In this document: positions 9,491-16,632 of the stretch, piece after piece
Layout of the letters: every line of letters starts with the position of its first letter
How positions within the stretch are numbered: the first letter of the stretch is position 1
IMG/VR virus record: IMGVR_UViG_3300020403_000005
Coordinates: 1-64,000 of that record
Length of the DNA: 64,000 nt
DNA from: a virus
Direction: 5' to 3' (one strand)
Program-made: the position numbers and the translations under genes
The notes under the pieces: generated by a model
What the model was told of the DNA's origin: nothing
Seen by the model: only the letters and a program-made list of their open reading frames with translations
Databases searched by the model: none

Positions 9491-9655
9491 TAACCCCTTG
9501 TTTCAAGGCGGGGCATCCTTGCTAAGTTTCATCTGACGCGCTTTTCAGTTTGGCACTTAGTCACCAACATAAGGCAAGCACGAGCCTTCTGAGTTTCGAT
9601 TCACGCACCTTTCAGCTTGGCACTCAGGAACCAGCGTGAGGCAGGTACGAGCCTC
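9491..9655 (-). ncRNA. Unrecognised 165-nt tandem-pseudoknot RNA, copy 1
   Basis: Two 67-nt units plus a 31-nt terminal pseudoknot; colinear, gap-free homolog at 33882-34046; compensatory changes in four helices. Confidence 0.85.
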
Positions 9656-9674
9656 TGTGTATTACACTCATAAA

Positions 9675-10385
9675 TTATTTTTCTAAACCTTGACAAAGCA
9701 TTTGCGCTGTTTTTCTGGCGTGGAACACTCTAGACATAACGGTTCCAAGCGGTATGTTCTGCTTCTTCGCTATTTCTTCGTAACTTAGTCCCTCGGCTAT
9801 ATATAATAAGCATTCTTTGTGCTTTTTACTAAGCGGTTTTAATCTTTTTTCTAAGCTGTTTTTTAATTCAACGTTTCCTTCTTGTTCAAGTAGACTGTCT
9901 AGGGGCGTGGGTTGACTGTTGAGCGAAGCCTCATATACATTACTCATTTGCTCTGGAGGTTTCCGATTCTGATCACTCTTTAAAGCGCGGTAAAAAATGA
10001 CGTGGCTACGAAAATTTTTCTGAACCGTAGTGTCACTTGACGGACGACGATCATTGCCTCCCGCGCTGAAGAATACACCCTCAAGAGAAATTTCTCCTTT
10101 TCTACTTTTCCATCTGCTATGATCGTACACGATGCCTCTTATAATTTGATAAAACCAAGTTTTAAAGTGGCAGTCGCCTCTAAAGGTGGGCAAAGACTTC
10201 CAAGATTTGATTAATGCTTTTTGGTAGTGGTCTTTGCCTTCGTCTTCCGAATCAGCAAACTTCATGCACACTGACCACATATATTTATGGTGTCTATCAA
10301 CAAGCTCGTTAAAAGCCTCGCAGTCTCTATCGTCTTGACACGCTAATTTGATTAATTGCGTGTCTGTTTGTTCGGGGTAATTCAC
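9675..10385 (-). CDS. ECF-type RNA polymerase sigma factor
   Basis: AFNELVDRH, LPTFRGDCHFKTWFYQI (region 2); EGLSYEEIAKKQNIPLGTVMSRVFHARK (region 4). Confidence 0.88.
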   Translation of the reverse strand: MNYPEQTDTQLIKLACQDDRDCEAFNELVDRHHKYMWSVCMKFADSEDEGKDHYQKALIKSWKSLPTFRGDCHFKTWFYQIIRGIVYDHSRWKSRKGEISLEGVFFSAGGNDRRPSSDTTVQKNFRSHVIFYRALKSDQNRKPPEQMSNVYEASLNSQPTPLDSLLEQEGNVELKNSLEKRLKPLSKKHKECLLYIAEGLSYEEIAKKQNIPLGTVMSRVFHARKTAQMLCQGLEK

Positions 10386-10393
10386 AGGTTGTT

Positions 10394-10549
10394 CTATTGC
10401 TCTATAACTAAAAAGTCTCCACCATTACTTTTTAATTCTTTAACGTAAGATTTAGCTTGCTTTTCTCCTTCTGGAGTATACTTAAAAGCTCCGTAAGTAT
10501 ATTTTTTATCTTTTGATACTACTAAATAAACCTTTTGACGTTTTTTCAT
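10394..10549 (-). CDS. Small hypothetical protein (51 aa, not in ORF track)
   Basis: MKKRQKVYLVVSKDKKYTYGAF...VIEQ; ATG overlaps the upstream TGA. Confidence 0.55.
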   Translation of the reverse strand: MKKRQKVYLVVSKDKKYTYGAFKYTPEGEKQAKSYVKELKSNGGDFLVIEQ

Positions 10550-10818
10550 TTTTTTCTTTTATTCGAAAAATTGCCAGTAAAAGCCTTGTCGGCGCACCAT
10601 TGATTTATTTCGTCCTCTAATTTAGCCATTTCAATTTTTTCAAACTTGGCTCTTTGAAGTAATGTTTTTATTTCTTGTTCTAAGTCTTCTTTTCTTTCAT
10701 CGTCTGGGCTTAGATTTTCATATTGATCTAAAGCGTCGCTAAGTCTACTTTCCCACCATTCGACGCTTTGTTCAATACGCTGGATTCTTTCGGTGAATTC
10801 TTGTTCTTTGGCCTTCAT
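10546..10818 (-). CDS. Hypothetical coiled-coil protein
   Basis: 90-aa charged helical ORF. Confidence 0.6.
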   Translation of the reverse strand: MKAKEQEFTERIQRIEQSVEWWESRLSDALDQYENLSPDDERKEDLEQEIKTLLQRAKFEKIEMAKLEDEINQWCADKAFTGNFSNKRKK

Positions 10819-10892
10819 TGTAAATATACCCTAACATATTTTTGGGTACAGATCAAGCTTATTTTTTGAATAAATAAGAAATAATGTGAAAT

Positions 10893-11102
10893 TTAAACTC
10901 TTTTTACGAGTTCAACTTTGGGGCGAGTTTTGAATAAAAAGCCCTCTTCATAGAGGTAGTTAACAATCATAGTTAGCTCTACTTCTGAAATATCGTCGTA
11001 CCTGTCAACGATTAATAAACGCTCTAAACCAACACTATAAGTGATGACTTTTACTTCAAATCCATTGACAGTTACTTCTACTGATTCGTAACTATCGTTC
11101 AC
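10893..11102 (-). CDS. Hypothetical protein, paralog of 15616-15825
   Basis: IVNYLYEEGFL motif shared with IVEYLYTEGFV; TGTAATAT motif upstream. Confidence 0.6.
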   Translation of the reverse strand: MNDSYESVEVTVNGFEVKVITYSVGLERLLIVDRYDDISEVELTMIVNYLYEEGFLFKTRPKVELVKRV

Positions 11103-11153
11103 ATACTATATTACAGTCTCAGTTGTTGTTTTAAAAAAAAATATCTATATTTA

Positions 11154-11197
11154 AAAAAATAAGCGCAACAGGGACACGGTTAGTGTATGTTGCGCTT
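11154..11197 (-). terminator. Intrinsic terminator after the serine protease gene
   Basis: AAGCGCAACA...TGTTGCGCTT hairpin followed by ATTTTTTT on the minus strand. Confidence 0.6.
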
Positions 11198-11254
11198 GGG
11201 GTTCTTTTGCCTCCACCCCTATGCACCCGTATAATTTATTCAGCACCTCCTTAT

Positions 11255-12196
11255 CTACTTGTTCTTAATAACGGGTAAAGGAATAATCTTGTATTTAGGA
11301 GTTACCTTTAACATAAACGGGAATTCTCTCTTGGCGGCTTTTGTCTCCTCGGACTCCGCGCTATGACCCTTTGTTGTGGCGTGTTCTATGGGCATTTTTT
11401 TGAGTTCTTCGTATGGGGGCATTTTGACCTTCGGGTCTAACGCCCACATAATTTTATGCTTCTCGCAGTAATCCTTCATTCTTCTAACAGGTACGATAAG
11501 ATTGAAACCTTCTCCTGCGCCACGCACTAACATTCCTACGTATTTCGCGTCACTCTTGAGATAAACTCCCCCTCCAGAAGAACCAGGAAACGCAGTACAA
11601 GTGGTTTGATCAAAAACGAATTTATTTAAACTTTTAATTAATCTTCCGTGCTGAGAATAAATTCCATCGGTCATAGAGTTAGAACCCATTTGCCCCAAAA
11701 GAGAGCCTACGTGTAAAAGATCAGTTCCCAACTGCGGAATTTTACCGTCAAGGTGAAAAGATACCGAGTCGGTTACAAAATTAAGCTTTCTCACTCTTAA
11801 TAACGCTAAATCATGCCCATCATCTGCGTCACTATACTTTAAAACCTCGGCATCCATTTCTAATCTACCCACGGTTCTGCCCCCTTCTCTAATTTCTTTG
11901 ACTACGATGGGGTCTTTAAACTCGACTAAAGTTTTACTTTTACCTTCGATAACGGCATTTCTAGTTGATCTAAGGTTATCAATAACATGAGCGGCAGTCC
12001 AGACGAAGTTTACTAAATTACCGTCGGCATCCTTTCTCGAAAAAATCACACCTGAACCCTCACCTTTGGAAAAATTTGATTCCGAGCGTATAGTAACAGA
12101 TACATCTTGTAGGTGGTCTGCTATTGGTTTTTCATTGGAGGAGGCTTGAAAATTAAAGGCTACGAGCGCAATTAATGATAATTTAATAATTTTCAT
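11255..12196 (-). CDS. Secreted trypsin-like serine protease
   Basis: N-terminal signal peptide; WTAAHV, DLALLRV and PGSSGGGV give the His/Asp/Ser triad. Confidence 0.85.
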   Translation of the reverse strand: MKIIKLSLIALVAFNFQASSNEKPIADHLQDVSVTIRSESNFSKGEGSGVIFSRKDADGNLVNFVWTAAHVIDNLRSTRNAVIEGKSKTLVEFKDPIVVKEIREGGRTVGRLEMDAEVLKYSDADDGHDLALLRVRKLNFVTDSVSFHLDGKIPQLGTDLLHVGSLLGQMGSNSMTDGIYSQHGRLIKSLNKFVFDQTTCTAFPGSSGGGVYLKSDAKYVGMLVRGAGEGFNLIVPVRRMKDYCEKHKIMWALDPKVKMPPYEELKKMPIEHATTKGHSAESEETKAAKREFPFMLKVTPKYKIIPLPVIKNK

Positions 12197-12238
12197 AGTA
12201 TAATATACTAAGCGGCTTTGAAAAGTTTTTAAAAAGTT

Positions 12239-12943
12239 TTATTGTATCGTCTGGATAATTTTAATAGTCTCCATTGGGTTATTAACACAATATATTTTGC
12301 CTCCATTTAAAGAGGTGTCTTGTATTGCTTCGTAATCATTGCCCATTTCGTCGCATTTATCGCCAAAATACGTTATTTCCTCTGATACGTTCTCTCTTAC
12401 CCATTTGGTTGCTTGAGATTTATCGGCTCCTTTGGGCTGAATATCTATACTTATTTGCCCTCCGATTTTAAATTTTAAGTCTGGATATTTTGGCTCCAGC
12501 TTCTCTGCGATTGACTTGCGGAGATTCGATACCTTGTCATATTCTTGGAATTTGTTTCTAACTTCTCTGCTGACATCTCTACCTATCGGGCTAAAGTTAA
12601 TCATTCCGCTTCTTTTTTCGTACCATTTTTTACCTTTGCCCTCTATTTCAACCTCTGCAAATTCTCTCCATAAATCGAAAAGTAGATTATCTGGTACTGA
12701 CCAATTATTTTTATAAACTAATTTTTCTTTATCGTATAACTCGTTAGCCATGCAACAAAAAACCCCGCTACAACGAGCGAGGATACTTGCTGGAAGCTGT
12801 TGGCAAACTTTTTTTCTGTCGCTTCCAGCTACTATAAAAACCTTTTTATCGTTCATCCAGCTTAGAAATAAAAGTACGTGCTGGCTGTCCATTTTTTGTC
12901 TGGGAAAAGTTAGCGTTCCATCTACGTCAAATAAGTAGTTCAT
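12239..12943 (-). CDS. HAD-IIB phosphomannomutase (eukaryotic PMM-like)
   Basis: LFDVDGTLT, GSD, RSGMINFSPIGR, GGQISIDIQP, YFGDK..GNDY. Confidence 0.85.
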   Translation of the reverse strand: MNYLFDVDGTLTFPRQKMDSQHVLLFLSWMNDKKVFIVAGSDRKKVCQQLPASILARCSGVFCCMANELYDKEKLVYKNNWSVPDNLLFDLWREFAEVEIEGKGKKWYEKRSGMINFSPIGRDVSREVRNKFQEYDKVSNLRKSIAEKLEPKYPDLKFKIGGQISIDIQPKGADKSQATKWVRENVSEEITYFGDKCDEMGNDYEAIQDTSLNGGKIYCVNNPMETIKIIQTIQ

Positions 12944-12960
12944 TTTATTTAGAGTTTGGA

Positions 12961-13737
12961 TTATTTTGGCGATAAGCTTCCTTTGTAGTAAGCTGGTATA
13001 TCTCTAGTATGATAAAGCTCACCCCCTTTTGGCAGTCCGCCGCTTGACGCTATCTTAGCGTTCTCTACTGTCATATAAGGCATGAATTCATTTATGGGAG
13101 ATTCTGGCGTACAAGAAATTATTTCTATGTCATATTTTTTGGCGGTTTTATGTAGCCATTCTGTCCAGCGTATTATTTCTTTGTATAGTCTAGCGTTGTA
13201 ATCCGTATGGTCATCTGACAACTGTTGCTGGTGATGGTATGAAGATTTTTTATTACTCAAATCACAGCCTACTAGATAAATTCTTTTCGCGCCCATCCAT
13301 ATTAATACATGAATTGCTATCGCGAAAACATTATTCTTCCAAATGAAATTAATGTTATTGGAATTGACGGTAAAAATATCTTCGTGATTATCAAATTTTA
13401 CGCAGTCAGCATAAAACAAGTTATAATTTTTACTTATTTCTCTTCCCTCACAAGTTCTATTTTGATAGCCTCCGCGCATGATCTTTATGAAAGGCTCCCA
13501 AAAGATTTGTCTAGAGTAACAGTGGGGGTCATCCATGCCAAACCATATATCTGGGGTAATGTGTGGATAAGCGTTGTTTAGAGCGGCAACGAAAAGCCCC
13601 GCCCCTCTAAGGTCAGAGGATTGTACATTTTTTAATGAAGGGCCGCACCCACAGAGAAAAACATCTTGAGTCAAGCTGTCATGCAGCAGGGGTTCTGGTT
13701 GAAATCCTAAAGTTCTAGTGTTTTTCCAAAGTGCCAT
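12961..13737 (-). CDS. DUF115/MptE-like (Maf/sialyltransferase-like) protein
   Basis: LCGCGPSL, LNNAY..PD, WMGAKRIYLVGCDL. Confidence 0.6.
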   Translation of the reverse strand: MALWKNTRTLGFQPEPLLHDSLTQDVFLCGCGPSLKNVQSSDLRGAGLFVAALNNAYPHITPDIWFGMDDPHCYSRQIFWEPFIKIMRGGYQNRTCEGREISKNYNLFYADCVKFDNHEDIFTVNSNNINFIWKNNVFAIAIHVLIWMGAKRIYLVGCDLSNKKSSYHHQQQLSDDHTDYNARLYKEIIRWTEWLHKTAKKYDIEIISCTPESPINEFMPYMTVENAKIASSGGLPKGGELYHTRDIPAYYKGSLSPK

Positions 13738-13760
13738 TTAAAATATAACCGTTAAAAATC

Positions 13761-13835
13761 TGGAGGCTCTGAGCGGACTCAAACCGCTGACCGCTGGGTT
13801 ACAAAACCAGTGCTCTATCACTGAGCTACAGAGCC
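13761..13835 (-). tRNA. tRNA-Thr(UGU), CCA encoded
   Basis: GGCTCTG/CAGAGCC acceptor, GCTC/GAGC D-stem, anticodon loop TT-TGT-AA, AGCGG/CCGCT T-stem, 3' TCCA. Confidence 0.9.
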
Positions 13836-13836
13836 A

Positions 13837-14013
13837 TCAATTTAAAAAATCGCTCAACTTACTAAAGCTGCATTCTTTTATTCTTACTGGATAAACTGTC
13901 ACTTTAGTATTGTGCTGTTCTATATACTTTTCGGCATCTTCCTTCTTCTTGAAGTAAGCTATGTGCTTCCAGTATAGATTATTTAATTGTTCTTCAACTT
14001 TGTAGAATTTCAT
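13837..14013 (-). CDS. Small hypothetical protein (58 aa, not in ORF track)
   Basis: MKFYKVEEQLNNLYWKHIAYFKKKEDAEKYIE...; ATG overlaps the upstream stop. Confidence 0.55.
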   Translation of the reverse strand: MKFYKVEEQLNNLYWKHIAYFKKKEDAEKYIEQHNTKVTVYPVRIKECSFSKLSDFLN

Positions 14014-14312
14014 TTGTCAAAAAAAAAGCTCCTCGATCTATCTTCTCTATAGTTAACGCAACTTATTCCTATCTGGCGTTTGGGGTCTATGTACTTAATT
14101 CTGAGCATTTCATTTCCCCAATCTACTAACCTTATTAAGTCATTTTTACTATAGTTGTTTTTTTCTTTCAAGTCAAGTTTTTGTATCTCTATTAAAATGT
14201 CAGTAAAGTTATTGAAACACCTATTGAAGTCTACGCTTGGGTTGCATATATTTTCCTCGAAAACCGTAATTAAATCTTCAACTACATTTTTCATATCATG
14301 AAATGGCTCCAA
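14010..14312 (-). CDS. Hypothetical protein
   Basis: 100-aa ORF within an operon. Confidence 0.5.
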   Translation of the reverse strand: MEPFHDMKNVVEDLITVFEENICNPSVDFNRCFNNFTDILIEIQKLDLKEKNNYSKNDLIRLVDWGNEMLRIKYIDPKRQIGISCVNYREDRSRSFFFDK

Positions 14313-14881
14313 TCTTTATGCTGTTTCTTTTCTATTTCCGCTGAGAACGGTTTTATTTTTGGTTTTACTGGTTGGTTTATTAGTTCAAGACCTGCTTCTT
14401 CAGGAGTTTTGTTGCCTTTCTTTGTATTTAACTTTTTCTCGCATAATACTAAATTATCCCAAGTATCCTTGCCTCCGCGAGACTTCGGTATAATGTGATC
14501 TATTGACCCTTCATTATATAATAGTCTTTTTCCGGTATATTGACAAATATTATTGTCTCTTTTTCTAATATTGTCATTAGAAAGTTTAATTGACTTGTAG
14601 GTCATTCTACTGAAGCTTTTGGCTACTAAAATAGTAGGAACTCTAACGGTTATACTGGGCGAGGATATTGAGTAATCGCCCTCCCTTATCTCTAGGTTCT
14701 TCCAATCTTCCCAGTTGGTGGGCATCATCGTCGATAAATCGCCATTTTCGTCATAAGAGACATCTATCGCATCGTAATTTTCCGACATTAAATCACATAT
14801 AGAGTCTCTGACATTCCTAATTGCTATAGGCTGCCAATTAGAATTTAAAACCAAACAAATGTTCTTATTTAAATTAAGCAT
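14291..14881 (-). CDS. HNH endonuclease
   Basis: LVLNSNWQP, RDNNICQYTG, SIDHIIPKSRGGKDTWDNLV...N..KGNKTP. Confidence 0.88.
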   Translation of the reverse strand: MLNLNKNICLVLNSNWQPIAIRNVRDSICDLMSENYDAIDVSYDENGDLSTMMPTNWEDWKNLEIREGDYSISSPSITVRVPTILVAKSFSRMTYKSIKLSNDNIRKRDNNICQYTGKRLLYNEGSIDHIIPKSRGGKDTWDNLVLCEKKLNTKKGNKTPEEAGLELINQPVKPKIKPFSAEIEKKQHKDWSHFMI

Positions 14882-14895
14882 CTAACATAAAATAA

Positions 14896-15117
14896 TTACT
14901 TCTCTTGATTTTTGTCTATTTCGTTTAAAAATAACTGCACTTGTTCAGAAGGGACGTTCAATATCTGCATAGTTTTCATAAAAGCTAATTTATACTTAAA
15001 AAGATGCTCATTTACCAAAGATTGATGATTAATTGCTCTATGTTGGTATATATTAAGTGCTAAACTTATGCCCAGAGTCATCACAATTAAAAGCTTTATA
15101 ATTTTGTCTGCGTTCAT
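14896..15117 (-). CDS. Hypothetical membrane-anchored protein
   Basis: N-terminal hydrophobic helix; GTGTAATATAT motif upstream. Confidence 0.55.
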   Translation of the reverse strand: MNADKIIKLLIVMTLGISLALNIYQHRAINHQSLVNEHLFKYKLAFMKTMQILNVPSEQVQLFLNEIDKNQEK

Positions 15118-15147
15118 CGTATTATATATTACACAAAGCTTTCTGTC

Positions 15148-15600
15148 ATGGAAATAATAAAAAACAAGCTTTTTCGCTTGGTTTTATTGCTTTTTTTGTT
15201 GGCTTTAGCCTTTCATAGCTCATTAAAACTAATATGGGTAAGCGGATCGAGCATGGAACCTTGGTATAAGAATGGGGATATTATTTTAATCGATGTCCTT
15301 TCTTATAGATTTAAACCTATAAAACGTTACGATATCGTTATAGTTAAGACCGAGGGGGAGATATGGGTAAAAAGAATAATTGGCCTTCCAAACGAGAAAA
15401 TTGAATTCAAAGATGGAGAATTTTTTATAAACGGCAAGCTTTTAAATAAAGATTTTTACAAGAAGCCAGAGCTAACTAATTTTGAAATAACTTCCGAAAA
15501 AATTAAAAAAAATTATTATTTTGTCATAGGTGACAATAGAAATGATAGTGCTTTCGGCTTTTTTCACAAAGATGAAATAGTGGGCAAAGTATTTTATTAG
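15148..15600 (+). CDS. lepB: Signal peptidase I
   Basis: Transmembrane anchor, SGSSMEP (Ser), VKRIIGLP (Lys), GDNRNDS. Confidence 0.88.
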   Translation: MEIIKNKLFRLVLLLFLLALAFHSSLKLIWVSGSSMEPWYKNGDIILIDVLSYRFKPIKRYDIVIVKTEGEIWVKRIIGLPNEKIEFKDGEFFINGKLLNKDFYKKPELTNFEITSEKIKKNYYFVIGDNRNDSAFGFFHKDEIVGKVFY

Positions 15601-15615
15601 AGTGTAAATAAAAAC

Positions 15616-15825
15616 ATGGATACGCCTTACCGATTAGTGGTAATGGATCATGTGGTTGAGATTTTCGTTGCAGAGCATTGGAGCATGAGTCAAATTTGTA
15701 TATATGACCCCTGCTTGATATTAGATGACCACAAATCTCAGTGTATAGTAGAATACCTTTATACAGAAGGCTTCGTGGAAGACCGCCGTACAGAAACAAA
15801 AATAATAAGAATAGAACAAGGTTAA
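15616..15825 (+). CDS. Hypothetical protein, paralog of 10893-11102
   Basis: IVEYLYTEGFV motif; GTGTAAATA 8 nt upstream of ATG. Confidence 0.6.
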   Translation: MDTPYRLVVMDHVVEIFVAEHWSMSQICIYDPCLILDDHKSQCIVEYLYTEGFVEDRRTETKIIRIEQG

Positions 15826-15854
15826 ACTTAACCTTGATTACTTTTATCTTTTAT

Positions 15855-15998
15855 TCACTTGCCGCAAACACAAGAGCAATTATCATCAGAGCAAGAGCCT
15901 GATTCGCAGCAGTCAGAGCCGCATGAGCAATTAGCGTCTTTGCATCCGAAGAAAGCAAAAGCTCCAACGGCCAAGATTAATGTAGCGTATTTTTTCAT
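15855..15998 (-). CDS. Cys-rich metallothionein-like putative lipoprotein (47 aa, not in ORF track)
   Basis: MKKYATLILAVGAFAFFG-CKDANCSCGSDCCESGSCSDDNCSCVCGK. Confidence 0.7.
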   Translation of the reverse strand: MKKYATLILAVGAFAFFGCKDANCSCGSDCCESGSCSDDNCSCVCGK

Positions 15999-16008
15999 AT
16001 TTAAAATT

Positions 16009-16182
16009 TTAATTTTGCTTTTTATATTCGACTTCTATAACTTCGCCCTTTGAGGACTGTCTCATGCAAACGGCGTATCTTTGTTTAGAGTCTGGAAATT
16101 CAGATTTCATTTTTTCGTCGCTCATGCAGCGGGATACGAAATCCTGTTTCTTTTCTTTTGGATTTTTATTTGGTAGGGGCAT
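16009..16182 (-). CDS. Small conserved phage protein (57 aa, not in ORF track)
   Basis: MPLP..NPKEKKQDFVSRCMSDEKMKSEFPDSKQRYAVC; a related motif (PKPSGNETHDEYMTRC) occurs in 16633-17463. Confidence 0.65.
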   Translation of the reverse strand: MPLPNKNPKEKKQDFVSRCMSDEKMKSEFPDSKQRYAVCMRQSSKGEVIEVEYKKQN

Positions 16183-16184
16183 AA

Positions 16185-16628
16185 CTAATCATTCATTATA
16201 TCCTTGTCGGCATCTCTATAAGACTGTTTAACTTTGCCGCCTCGAACCATTTTTAAAAACATATTAACTCTCGCCATAGCCCAAGAATGTCTGCTTTGAC
16301 CAGGTCTGTGGCTTTGAGAAAATGCTCCAGCACCCCTTCTGTAAACTTTCTTGAGTTGGGTTAGTGTTACTTTTTTCTTGTGTTTCTCGTTATGTTCTTT
16401 GACTTTGTTTTTTAAGCTCTGAATTGTTTTTTCAGAGAAGGTTATTTTAGAGCCTCTCTTCCCTGCGCTACCCGGTTTGTTCTTCTTAGACCCTTTGCGC
16501 TTTTCGCTGGGTTTAGCTGGGGTTTGTGCTCCAGATTTTGGACCTCTTCTCTTCTTGGCCTCTGAAAGCTCCTCCGTGCTCATTACAGACATGAACTCGT
16601 CTGGAGACATTTGATAATCTTCTGTCAT
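16185..16628 (-). CDS. Basic phage protein (DUF5824-like)
   Basis: LKKVYRRGAGAF...RPGQSRHSWAMARVNMF; start reassigned to 16628. Confidence 0.55.
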   Translation of the reverse strand: MTEDYQMSPDEFMSVMSTEELSEAKKRRGPKSGAQTPAKPSEKRKGSKKNKPGSAGKRGSKITFSEKTIQSLKNKVKEHNEKHKKKVTLTQLKKVYRRGAGAFSQSHRPGQSRHSWAMARVNMFLKMVRGGKVKQSYRDADKDIMND

Positions 16629-16632
16629 TGAA

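Noticed and set aside
9300-9506. 68-aa ORF in the track
   Set aside because: It is the tmRNA tag frame extended through the tRNA-like domain from a TTG; not an independent gene
9491-9655. Hammerhead ribozyme reading (CTGA...GAAA) of the 67-nt unit
   Set aside because: The core reads TGAAAG rather than CUGANGA, the would-be cleavage triplet is GUG, and there is no stem II between the core strands
11245-11253. Perfect Shine-Dalgarno TAAGGAGGT after the serine protease stop (minus strand)
   Set aside because: No properly spaced ATG/GTG follows and it leads into a terminator; single occurrence, so no function can be supported
15859-16053. Plus-strand 64-aa Q/S/E-rich ORF
   Set aside because: Antisense shadow of the Cys-rich lipoprotein ORF, which fits the minus-strand operon
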